A stretch of DNA of 64,000 bases from the NCBI GenBank assembly GCA_030704615.1, contig CM060733.1, forward strand, positions 23,994,001 through 24,058,000. Reading direction: 5' to 3'. The notes under the pieces are model-generated. The model was not told the DNA's origin and ran no database searches. It saw only the letters and a list, made by a program, of their open reading frames with translations. Of the stretch, positions 10,184 through 21,650 are shown piece after piece (within the stretch, counting starts at the first letter, position 1; every line of letters starts with the position of its first letter). Position numbers and translations under genes: made by a program. Source of the DNA: Takakia lepidozioides. Lineage: Eukaryota > Plantae > Bryophyta.

Positions 10184-11856
10184 CTAGCCTTGGCAGCAGG
10201 TCAATGCTGCACGTGTAGCTCTCCCCAATGGCATAGTAACCTCCGCCTCGGTAACAGTCGGGCGAGAACTAGGTGCCATGGATGGCGTCGACACAGTCTC
10301 CGCCAATGTGAATGACTGAGGAAGCCTTGCCTGACGGCTTGCCTCCCCACGCTGTGGATCCAATTCCACCTCTGCACCTCGTGGCTCAGGAACTCGTGCT
10401 GCTCCTCGAGTCACGGCTGCAGCAGACTCCACCTGCTCTAGTGGTAGTGCTGCTCCGCACATAAATCCCATGCCTCCCATATCTCCTCCCTCAGGAGCAG
10501 GAGGTGGGCCATCCCGCCTGGGAGCCGGTACCGCCTGAGCTATAGCCATGGCAGCGAGCCTCTGCTCTAGCTGCTGAAGCCGATTGGCCATGCCTTGGTC
10601 AACACCCTGACCTCCGCGTCCTTGGCCATGTGGAGCTTGCCCTTGGCCTGCACCTCGTGCCCGACCACCTCGTCCTCTTTGGGCTGGTCCACCTCGCCCC
10701 CGGCCACCATTGTTCCCTTGGAACTGGCCTGGGCGCAACTCAGGATGCAAGTCATAACACTGGGCATCTCCATGCCCATACTTGCCACAATGCCCACACT
10801 GCAACTGTGCAGGCTGTGCTTGTGCCGGCCTTCTGCCACTCTCTGGGCAATCTCTCTTGACATGGGGTCCTCCACATGTCCAACATATCACCCCTGGTTG
10901 CTGTTGGCCTGCAAAAGATGCCACGGGCCTCTGCACCTGAGGTCCCCTGTAAGCTCCATGGAACTTGGGCTGGGCAACCTTGCCCCCCTGACCACGCTGT
11001 TGGGCAGTCCCTTGTGCTTGTGGGCTGACAGCTGTGCCCCGTACAGGCATGTCCTTACCAAATCCAATTGTAACAACTCGCTCCTCCACCATGTTGAGCT
11101 CAATCCGCTCAGCCAGCAGAAACACATCTGCTAATGTGGGTTGGGCTGCTTGTAACAGGGTTGCATCTCGCACCCTTCTCTTGAGCTCCTTGTCCAGAAT
11201 TCCATACCAAAACTGGATTGCCTGAGCTTCAGTAACCCCTTGGGTCACACTTATCAAGCGCCTCATACGAGTGTACGCCTCTCGCAGGCTCTCACTGGGT
11301 TTGCGCTGGAAGTCTTGCAAACTTCGCAGCTTCTCTGTCCGTACACCTTGGTAGTTCTCCGCAACTCCTGGAAGAACTCCACCACCGGGTTGAATCTAGG
11401 CAAATGTGTTGTAGTCGTGGCAGGAGAAGTAGTAGCACCTTTTGAACTGGTACCACCTTCAGAAGTACCAGCACTACTTGCTCCACTACTAGTGCTGGCA
11501 GTGGAAGCTATTGGTACTGATGCAGCTACTGGTCGCGTCGTGCCTCGAGTAATGGAGACGTAGTCAGGTGACCAATACATCCTCCACTCCTCAATCTCTG
11601 CTTCATGTCCTCGCCTGAACTCGTGGTAATCGTCCATAGGCGGGCCTTCCAAATGCTGGAACAGTCCCTTCCACGCCATGAATGGGGTGAATAGCTGTGG
11701 ATTGCGCATCTGCTGCAAATCACACCAGCTGTCGAACTCCTGGATAAAGTCATCCAACTCGATTGTGCCCACAGCTCCAGAGTACCTACGAGGCCCCTTG
11801 GTAGCTCCATACATCTCCTCCATGTCGTCCCACAACAATGGCGAATGAAAGTGCAC
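10184..11856 (-). CDS. gag: Gag with two zinc knuckles (frame break near 11355)
   Basis: PRRYSG..LDDFIQEFDSWC; FQRKPSESLREAYTRM capsid-like segment; CWTCGGPHVKRDC and CGHCGKYGHGDAQC knuckles. Confidence 0.85.
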
Positions 11857-12557
11857 ACCTGTTGATGAAGCCTCCGAGTCTGTGTCTGACGCTACAGTAG
11901 TTGAGGGTGGCGGTGAAGGTGGTCTGAACCGAATACCTCGTCTTGTGACCCCACTCTCACTGTCACTGCTGTAGCCGTACTCCCCTCAAAACCCTTGGGT
12001 AACTCCGTAATGACACTCACAATGTGCACCTCCTCCACGTGACACTATAAGGCTCTAGTACTAATCTAATAGTGACACGGGTGGGCACCTGTTGCAGTCT
12101 AAGGGTCATATCCCAATGGCTCAGGGCACCTGCACCTGCATCCACCGCAAGAACTCCTATGGTTGGCTGGTCATCAACCCAGCCTCACCATAGAAGAAAC
12201 ACTGGTGGTCTTGCTGGTCATCACTCCAGCCTCACCACCGACAGCATACTCTAGGATTGACCGGTGATCAAATCCGGCCTAATCCCTATGAAAGCAAGCG
12301 CCCACACAAAACCAACATGGCGCACAGTCAAGCATGCAGGTGTTGGGGGGGATCCAAACACAAGAAATCAAAACATCAACACCCCCACACCAAAATCCAG
12401 CAGCAACGCTGATCCTGCAGAATATCCCAGCCCAAAACCCCGGACTGACTGGCCTCCACCAAGAGAGGCTTTGGCAACTACAAGTACAAGGTAATGAAAA
12501 TAGTACAGAGATGGAGGGGAAGAATAGAAGCCCGCCCAAGCAAGATCTAATCCTGAT

Positions 12558-13307
12558 CTATGCTATCAACTTCCAGACTTCTCTCAAAGTGCCTCGCTCT
12601 GCTTGATGGTAAGGTGTAGGAGGTATATCTATGTCCAGAAACCTGCCACTAACCTTGTCCCAAGCTACAGTAGCTCGCTCTAACCAACCCTCCTCCTCTT
12701 TCTGCCAGGTAGAGACAAAGCAACACTCTGCTATCTCCCGCTCACTGAACACTAAAGAAAACAAAGGTAGGGTCTGATAGTCTCTCAACTCGAAAGCTTT
12801 GAGACGATTGCGGGTGTCTTCATTGCGAATGACTGCATCGCCTTCAAACAGAACAAACTTGTCCTCGCTAATGAACCCCCGCTCGTGGTTGCCTTGTGCA
12901 GAGCGTGTCCGACTGCAACACTGTCTAATTGCACAAACTTGTGCAGCTCCTGCTCCTCTGCTCCAGTACACCACGGCCTTGTGGCTGAACACCTTGGTCC
13001 CCGGGGCTGTCTTTGGCTGTGTTCCAAGCCTAGCTTTCACCCACTTTGGTATTTCACCTACAGCTGCAGAACTGCTGGCTCCAACAGAGTTCTGACTGTC
13101 CAAGGCGATATTGAGGCCCTCAATGCCAACTACAGCAGTCTGTTGTCTACTGCTAATGCCTGACTCCCAGTATGCAATCAACTCGTCCAACTGTTCTCCA
13201 CTCAAATCAGTCTGAGTTCCTTGGGAAACATAAATCGTGTCCCCTTGTGTGCACAGACTAAGAGAAGAGACCTGCCCTTCAATTACGTCCTCATTTCCCC
13301 CAGCCAT
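12558..13307 (-). CDS. Extra 249-aa ORF of unknown function upstream of gag, inside the retroelement
   Basis: ATG-initiated, uninterrupted, same sense as gag-pol; no recognisable motif. Confidence 0.4.
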   Translation of the reverse strand: MAGGNEDVIEGQVSSLSLCTQGDTIYVSQGTQTDLSGEQLDELIAYWESGISSRQQTAVVGIEGLNIALDSQNSVGASSSAAVGEIPKWVKARLGTQPKTAPGTKVFSHKAVVYWSRGAGAAQVCAIRQCCSRTRSAQGNHERGFISEDKFVLFEGDAVIRNEDTRNRLKAFELRDYQTLPLFSLVFSEREIAECCFVSTWQKEEEGWLERATVAWDKVSGRFLDIDIPPTPYHQAERGTLREVWKLIA

Positions 13308-14219
13308 GCAGGGAGTACATCCACCAATTTGTCTCTCATATAGACCAGCACAGGTTCTAGAGACAGGATTGTGGATCTTTCATGGCACTCTCACACTCTA
13401 AAAATTCCATAGATTTTTAGCAGAGTCCCCAAAGCAGAAACCAGGTTTAGATAGGTAGATTTCCCCTTTCTGCAGCTATCCCCCCAAAAACTGGGTCAAC
13501 CAGAGTCCATTTGACAAAGATATGATGAATTTGGCTCCAAATCATTCAAATTAGATTAAAAAGGGTTTTTTTTTTTTTAAAGTTTTCAAGTTTAACAATT
13601 TAAAGTTACACCCAAAATGTCTGGTAACTGGTTCCCGGTTCCCTAAGTTCTATATGGCATCCTAGGTTCCCTGGCCACGTGCCTGCTGTTCCCCTCCATT
13701 TCATTTGAGTTCAACAGCTCACCATGCTTTGGAATCCCAACCGTCTTCTACCACAAACCATGGTGACGATGGAGGTCGTGGAGCTCATTTCCCCTTAGCA
13801 ACACTTCACCTTGGCACCCTCACAAGTTTCATTGAAGTAAAGTTGGCAAGCAAGTTCCTGCAAAGCCTGCCCCACACACCAGCTTAGCAGTGTCCAAATT
13901 GAGTGATCCCCAGCTGGGACCTTTCTTCAAGCCTGTCGGCTATGTGGAAACCCAGCTGCAGTGCACGGAAGTACGTGTGCCTCGACCACTCGGCAATGTG
14001 CCTGGCTTTGTGGCAGATCTGTCCTCTGATCCTTGCTTACTAGCAGGGGCTCTCAAAACCCCAAAGAACTGTTGTCCACTGGCTTCAAGTCCGAGAGCTA
14101 GCTGATCAATCTGTGTGGCAGTGAGTAGGGCTACGGTTCCAAAGACAATATAGAGAACCGATCACGGAGGATGGCTGTTTAACCATTCTAAGCACCTTGC
14201 CAGCTGCAAGGGAAAAACC

Positions 14220-14650
14220 CCAACTTTCCTCCTTCCCTACCCTGCTTAGAAAGAGCAACCTAAGCTGCTGACAGTAAGAGCCTCTTTCCGAGGAGAAACC
14301 AAGACTCTTACGTCATTCAACCACTAGGGGTACAATCCAGTTCACCATAACAGAGTCAGTGAATATCCTCCCTGACAGACTCCTTCACGTTATACATAAA
14401 GCATATTGCCAAAGCTGCAGTCGCACCATTGTGAAGGATCTTTAAAGAACTCCAGTCAGCGCTGTTCCATGCTCCAGTGCTGACCTACATGCCAGATATT
14501 CAAAAGGGCCCCTTCTTCGACCAGATTACTAGGTGCTGGTCAAGCCAAAAGACCATTCACGGTGCATAGAATACCCGCACACAGAAACAGCGAAGTGTTA
14601 TGACCTAGTCTTGTTGGGATCCCTGAAGGCTTCGTAGGAGGCGTAGCTAC
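14220..14650 (-). pseudogene. Diverged copy of PDF-PPR exon 1 and intron inside the retroelement
   Basis: 14421-14500 aligns with 1561-1640 and translates IWHVGQHWSMEQR*LEFFKDPSQWCDCS; the flanks resemble 1350-1540 and 1780-1835. Confidence 0.7.
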
Positions 14651-15602
14651 CACTTGAAAGGGACTCTGCACTTGGGCCTTGACAAGTAGGATCCCGCTTT
14701 CAACTCCATAACCCAGTCCTTAATCTGGTCAGCAAGCAAGCAGTTAGCAAGCAAGCATCACGCATCAGTGAAAACCATAATCTGCTGCTCCATTTGAGTA
14801 CATCTCTCAACCCCTCTCTACAGTCCCCCAACATTACCAATCACATTCTGCTCGTCCGCTGCCTCCCCAGCACCACAAGATGTGGAAGGCTTGTTCTGCA
14901 CCCTCGGTTCTTGATCCAAACAAAAACAACTGATGAACAAAGTGTTTCCATAAAAACAACGGAACAACAGATGGGAGAGATGGTGCATCCCTGCGCCCCG
15001 CCATCCAGCGCGCTCTGCTTCTCGTTCGACCTTCACTACTCACACCATACACGAGTGCGCAACGCCGAGACCCGTCGACAGCACGTCCGGAAACTCCGCA
15101 CAGGGGCAAACAGCAACACAGATGCAGGCAGACAGTTCAGTGGTCACTGCAAAACCCCATCACCAAGGACTTGGGCCAACTTGACCAATTTCTACACTCA
15201 TGCCAACCTGGTTCTTGACAAGCTACCACTCCCGCCAAGTAAAAACCATCAGCGCTACAGGTCACGGTGAATCCAGCAATATGCCTGCAAGCCAGAATGG
15301 GCTACAAGCCAATGGCCCTTCTTGAGCTGCAACACAACGGACCACACAAGTTGGGCACGACTGGCCTACTGGGTGCTCAGCCTGCCCCAGCGCTCAGGCA
15401 GCAGGCTACTAGGGCCCCCGCGCGCACCCGCCACCACAAAACAGGGATAACTACACCCTGATCACCACCAACGCCCATGTGTAAACAACAAGCGCAAACC
15501 CATGGCAACAGCAGGACTAGATGGGCTCCTGCCCCAAGTTATATATTATAATAGTGTTAAAAGAACATTGTATCTAGCTTAGCACTAGAAAACTAGATAG
15601 GG

Positions 15603-15616
15603 TCATCTCTCTCGAG
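15603..15616 (-). promoter_or_regulatory. Primer-binding site complementary to the element's own LTR (self-priming type)
   Basis: TCATCTCTCTCGAG at 15603-15616 is the exact reverse complement of CTCGAGAGAGATGA at 15798-15811; no TGG tRNA-type start. Confidence 0.8.
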
Positions 15617-15963
15617 TGATAAGCAAGCTAAAGTCACACACGATGCAAAGCATGAAAACCAAACCATCACTCTTAGAAATAGAAGTCGAGCCAGGGGCAC
15701 CCCAAGCTATGGGGACTCCACCCCACAACAACCTACACTCCCATCATAAGCACACTCAGATCTAAACGCATGAAGGAGCTCGGTCGCGCAGGCTCAACTC
15801 GAGAGAGATGAGCTGCGCGACTGCCGCTCTCGTGAAGATAAGACAGACCAGGTGTCAAACTAAACTTGACACCTGATTTAACACTTGACCTAAATCCAAG
15901 TGTTAAATACAAATAACTAGTTTTATTCTAGCTGTTTTCACACTGTGCTTATTTAACTTGACA
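15617..15963 (-). repeat. 5' LTR-like repeat X1 (347 bp)
   Basis: Identical to 4049-4395; TG...CA ends; followed by the PBS on the coding strand. Confidence 0.95.
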
Positions 15964-18900
15964 TGGCCTTATAGTGGCCTTATATCATAGATCCAGCCGA
16001 CTGGCCTGCCGTTGTTAGAGCTGGCTATATTTCAAATTAGTAACCAAACACAAAGATTCATTCTTCAAACAATTCAAATACAAGCCTCTATTGGTACCAT
16101 TTCCAATAGGCTATGGGGTTTTTCCCCTTGTCAATTCTAGACATGAAATAGTGGGATTCCACAATGCACTCACCTCTTTTGAAGAGCCTAAATCAGATTT
16201 TCAACTTTAAGCTTTGCTTGGAAAATAAATGAATCACATACATAAATGGTGAAATGGTAAGATGGGATCAACTTTTCTATGCGAGAGTGATTGGGATGTT
16301 CATCGACTCAAGTAATGGTACTCTATACGGCCTCCACTTGGGCTCTCGTCCATAAGTCCACACCAGCCCCTCTTACTCGTCCTCAAGTCACTTTCCTCTA
16401 CATGAAATTGCCCTCTTCCTTCACAAATGAAATGGCTCAAAGGCCCACAAGCTAGGCCACTTGCCTTAGCTTACAAGAATTCTACCTAACTAGGAAGCTT
16501 CAAGCTCCACTCCCTAGGATCTAGCCTCCTCAAGCCTCAAACTAACAAACACTACAACAACAAGAGAAAACTAAACAAGAGAATAACTAGATGAAGAACA
16601 AGAGAAGCCTTGCCCTTCTTTTATACTGTTTTTGAGCCTAATAAACTAATGGAAAATATTCATTAAACTATTCTTTTCTTGGAGGATCTATAATATAATA
16701 TTCAACATGGATGAAAAGTCTTAGAGGCAAATGAAAGCTGGCTTTTCATCCATCCAATTGGATGACCAGTTGGCGCGAGTTGTCATTTCATCCATCCAGC
16801 TCCTCAAGACGAATTTCAAGATTTTTCATCCATCCAAGAAGTAGAAATGCAAATAATAGGCCCTGTAAGTGCCGTCAACTCAATAATTTGGCCCTGCTAC
16901 TAATCAGCTCCATAAATCACCAAACTTGGTGAAAAACTACAATTATATACCTTGTATCAGCCTGTAAATTCTCAGCTCCATCGGTTGTAAAAAGTTGTGT
17001 TTCTCGCCATTCGTCGTATTTTCGCTACACACAGATTTTGTGGTATTTTTGGAAATCAAATCCCTGGTGATGGTTCTGGGGTCTTTGACCCTGCCACTGA
17101 GTCATAGGTTGTCCGGAGTCCCCTCCAGTTGTCCCGCACCGCTAACAAGTCCACGCTTCGCCGTTTGAAGTCGTCATGACTTGTTGTCATTCCAATGCGG
17201 CCAATTATTTTGTTGCGATATTTCATCGCTGTACATGTCGCTTCCACCAATTGCCAAGCTCCTCGCCATGTGTTCCTACTGGACTTGAAAGGCAGGAGAA
17301 AAGAGGGATTGCAATCTGAGACTGGAACAATCGTCCTGTATTGTTTGAACATGATTAACTTGTCGTTTCTGGTACCGAATTGGCAGCCTAATCTGCAGTC
17401 GATGCAGCTGCCTATGGTCATTTTGACGCCAAAGTTCCACTCCATGGTCGTCGCAGACACTGTCTAATTTCCTACGTGTTTTACCAACGATTTCCAAACA
17501 ACTAACAAACTAACATGTTTTGGCAGTACAATGCCGAAACCGCTTGTCTTATGATCAAAAACGATCCGAAAAGAAAAGTGTACCAATATATGCATCTACA
17601 GTGGGCTGCAATTATAACCTAGCAGCTAGCGGAAAAATGGGATATTGTCCAGGTAAAGAGCTTTTTGGCTAGGCTAGGGTGTGTTGTCCCCTTCGGATAG
17701 CGAGAACGTAGGCGACCCTTTTGCACACACGTGCAATCTAGGGGCGTGTGTTGGTGAAGCAACCCAGACCTAAACGGCTTGCCCTTAACGCTTTTGGTAG
17801 CAGTCAATCCAGGTGAAGAAGATCTTCCGGGGACACCGACAAGCTCCGGGGAAGCTGTGTTAACCGTAATAAAGAAGACTTGGAAGACAATTAGCTAGGA
17901 GTAGATTCCTTAGGAGATAACAAACGAATTATGCCCCGCGAGCGTAGGAGTTGAAACCAGCGTTTGCTGGTAGTTTATGATAGCGAGAGGCAGTTCCCTC
18001 CATCGACCGCTGATCCTCCGCCAAGCTTAGCGACACATTTCACGGGTGGGCAGTTCTTGAGCCCAACCCACCTCATCGCCGGACTCCAGGCTCCGGATCG
18101 ACGTTAGCCTTCATTTTCCCCGCGGATGTTGCGCGCGCGGTGAGGCTCGTCAGGAGGCAACCAGAGAAGTCCTGCAATGAATGTAGCTAATCACGTGGGT
18201 ATCAGTGGTGTTTTTGAAACAGTAGTCTAGTGCGAGGTTCATCTCAAATGATTGTTCAAATGAATGGTCAAATGGTTGTTCACTGGACTTCTGCCAAAAA
18301 CACTTTCAACCCATCATCATTCTTAGTAGTGACAATTTAGGCTTGTGCATGGCCATACTTACATGAAAGCCACGCAAGATTTTAGATTACATCGCCAGTC
18401 TGTAATATAAAGACTTGTGTCGCCCTCTATAAGTATTTGGTTGCACTCCAAATGTCCCGTCATGAATGTTATGGATCACTTGGGTATCAGTAGAGTGTCG
18501 TGCCAGCCAAGTCCTACTCGAGGTTCATCTTGAAATACTTGAATGGTCAATGGACCGGAAGGGAGAAGGTTTCAATGATCCAAATTCTACGAACTGGATA
18601 CAGTGAAAGACACAGATGAACCTGGACAAAGAAGGAAGGGAGGTCTCCCGTAGAAGGAGGTCGAAAAATCGCTTGGAAAATATGGTGACTTCCTACGCAC
18701 ACATTCAACCCATCATCTGAAGCAATATAAGAGCTCTCACAATCTGGGAATTACTTCAAGTTGTCTGTCTGGCCATACTTACCAAGTTAACTACAAGATC
18801 TTATCCAACATGGCCAGTGTTGCATAAAGTCGTGTGGTTTACAAAGTAAGTCTGTTCAGACACTCTTGAAATCCCCGTAATGAATGTGTGGTTAATCACC

Positions 18901-19032
18901 TGGGTATCACTAGTGTCCTGATTGAACTTAATTTACCGCCGGATGTATTCCGCTAAACGAACGACGGGAGATCTCCCGACAAAGGGTCGACGGGAGATCT
19001 CATCACTGGACGAAGCAATTTCACGAAGCAAA

Positions 19033-21140
19033 TTAAGATTTGAGTTTATAGGTTCTTACCAGAAGCGAGTATGTGACAATCCCGCCACAATACACATTGA
19101 CAACGGAAGAGCCCTCCGGACAGAAGGTCTCAACGACCTGGTCGATGGCCGATGATTGGATCTCATTGTTGTAATAGCGAATTTGCAGAGGATTTTCAGA
19201 TTCTTCCGCCTCTGTACGTAGCATTCTTGGGATGTATCGATCGTCGGCTGTGATGCTCCTCCGCACGACCTCGTCCACGTTGTCCCACTCTGCGTCTGCC
19301 ATCGGAAAAACAAAATGGAAATGAATTACTGGAGTCTCAAAATTCCTTGTCTTGAAAAAAATCTCCCTCTTCGATGGAATGTAGAAGCTTGTCTCTATAA
19401 GGAATTTCCCCTTTGTGGATTGAATGTACGCTATCAGCTCACGAGAGCTATCAGTATCGGTGATGACACAGAATACGTTGGTCCTGATTTTTCTTGACCT
19501 CATGCCATTGAAGAGGTCGGCGAACTCATTCTCCATCCAAGGCTCGATCTTGTCTGGACGCTCATTCAATGTGCTGATCATGATGAGCGAAACAACTTCA
19601 AATGTTTTTGTGGCGAACATTGTTACCGTCCCAATCTCCCGAGCCCTGTTTCCAATCTCGCACATACTGTAAACTCTATCAATCAAACCTCGTGGAGTCT
19701 CTGCAAGCGTTTTCACGGCTTGAATTAAATTCAGAAATTGAAGTGGTTGCTTATGCTTTCCCGTCATTGGCTTCATTTTCGCGTCAAGGTAGGGGTTCCC
19801 GAGAGCATTCTTAAAGTGCACAAACTGGGCCTTGTTGATTTCGTGCTTATGTTTGATGGTGGTCCACTCCAACTTTGTGTATGGATGTCGGTTGTCCTTC
19901 GTCGGCTCCTCAAATCCAAAACCGACCATGATATCATCAATAATGTGCCTCCTCAACTTCTTGTCCTTGCAATAATCATCTAGACTCACAACATCGGGGT
20001 TAGGCCCAGTGTATGGATGACGCATCGACACTTTGTTTTTGAGTAACATGTGGGCAACCTTCCAAATCTGGCTATCGTCCAAATCCTGCAGTCAAGCAAC
20101 GCTAGATTTTTTGAGCAATGACTGCTCTTTCATGGGGATATTCCCTTTGGGGTCAATGAGCTCACCCTTCTCCCATTTCATGAACACTCTTGTCCAATAA
20201 TTCCAGGTCCGATCGGAGGTGAACACAAGTGGCATTGCCTCTTTGTTGCTTTTCACATCCAAAATGGTTTGAGCTCCGACCATGAAATCCTACACATACC
20301 AGCAAGTGTAGTTAACTACCACGGGAGGTCTCCCTTGCTAACTTTCACATTCAGACAACACTTCCGGCTGACTTCCAGCTAACTCCAGCACTTCAAACAC
20401 TTCCAGCTATCTTCCTACCAACACCTTCAACTGATGATTTAAACCAACCAAGAGGATGTTGACAATTGGTCACTCTTTCTGGAGTGTCTCCTCCTTTGTA
20501 TTGCGGTGCTTCTCCATTTCCTCTTTCTGGAGACATTCTCGACTTTAACAGAGTCAAACCTGTGTACAGAAACCTTAAGTAACCAAGAGACAATCATGAA
20601 GCATCACATCATGAAGCATCATCCCCAACTTCAATTCTTGATGGTGCGTGGATCTCTTCCAGATCGAGAATGTCACCAGATTGGAGAAAGAGAGAAGCAC
20701 CGCAAAACAAAGCAGAACACATCTCAGCTGACCTCAATGGAACAGAAGGTGCTGGGACTACGAATGTGGTTGCTGGTGTGTGGGCGATGAAATTGGATTT
20801 CGATCGACTATAATGTAGACATCCATTGCATCGTTGTAGTGATAGTTGAGTGGAAAGAAAGGACGGGAGACCTCCCGTGGTCACACTCACCTTCCACTAC
20901 TAAGTCTCGACCCGACGATGCTCATCATACTTCTAGGGCCACTCCTTGTAGTTGTAATATTTTCTACAGTGACGGACCTTCTCATAGAAAGATGGTTCGT
21001 AAAGATTCTCCTTGTTCGGCTTGTTCAGAACCTTGGAGATAGTCACCAGTCGAAGCTCATCCGTCGAGTACACTATCTTAGTAGGCCATGTACGTAGCGA
21101 TTTTTTCATGACATCATTACTCAGTGTCGGATCCTCCAAG
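19033..21140 (-). CDS. Multi-exon gene or pseudogene of unknown function, probably TE cargo
   Basis: 349-aa ORF (19033..20082) plus co-oriented short ORFs 20092..20283 and 20933..21139 bounded by splice-like signals. Confidence 0.45.
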
Positions 21141-21299
21141 AGCTCCTACAATCATCACAGTTCAATTGATTAGAATTAAAAGAGAGACAATCGAAAATGG
21201 ACAGTGGACAAATACATGGACAAATAGTAAGTAGAATTTCTCGAATGTGAGTTAGCACGGGAGACCTCCCCTTACCTGGGCCACGAAGCAGAGCAGCTC

Positions 21300-21650
21300 G
21301 TTCAGGAGGAGGTTAAGTTGAGACCGGGTGCCAAACCCAAACAGATACAGCTCCAAGCCGCCCATAAGATGGCATTGGCCAGAATTATGTCGGAAGACGG
21401 CTCCGATAGAGTTCCTCTCGATGAGAAGGAAATGGAGGCATTGCTAGAGTCGGTGTCCCACGTATGTTCACCGAATGTCCGAAACCACATTGTCTCATGC
21501 AAACAGAAAATTGGGCGTGGCTCGGATATGCACTCCATTCTGGAGGTGAAGCGACGATGTGGATAAGACTACATTCATGGAAGTAGGTTTCCAGGACAAG
21601 GGACTGAGGCAGATCGTTGTTTCGTATTCAAAATGTCCACGTGTGGACCT
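21300..21650 (+). mobile_element. Fragment resembling bryophyte Mutator-like transposases, truncated by a LINE insertion
   Basis: SPNVRNHIVSC..SILEVKR..*DYIHGSRFPGQG...CFVFKMSTCGP; family recognised from memory only. Confidence 0.45.

Larger units (their letters stand above)
3963..15963 (-). mobile_element. Ty3/gypsy-type LTR retrotransposon carrying a DNMT3-like methyltransferase and an integrase-PHD fusion, with split terminal repeats
   Basis: TGTC...GACA termini; 4-bp TSD TGGC (3959-3962 and 15964-15967); PR-RT-RH-IN order; 347-bp repeats at 4049-4395 and 15617-15963; 85-bp repeats at 3963-4047 and 4398-4482. Confidence 0.92.

Noticed and set aside
3963-15963. Classification as a DIRS/PAT/Ngaro tyrosine-recombinase element because of the split repeats
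   Set aside because: Pol has a protease and a DDE integrase, ends are TG...CA with a TSD, and no recombinase ORF is recognisable.
16010-17050. Possible solo LTR or TE end to the right of the retroelement
   Set aside because: Composition is suggestive, but no partner repeat, boundary or TSD could be identified.
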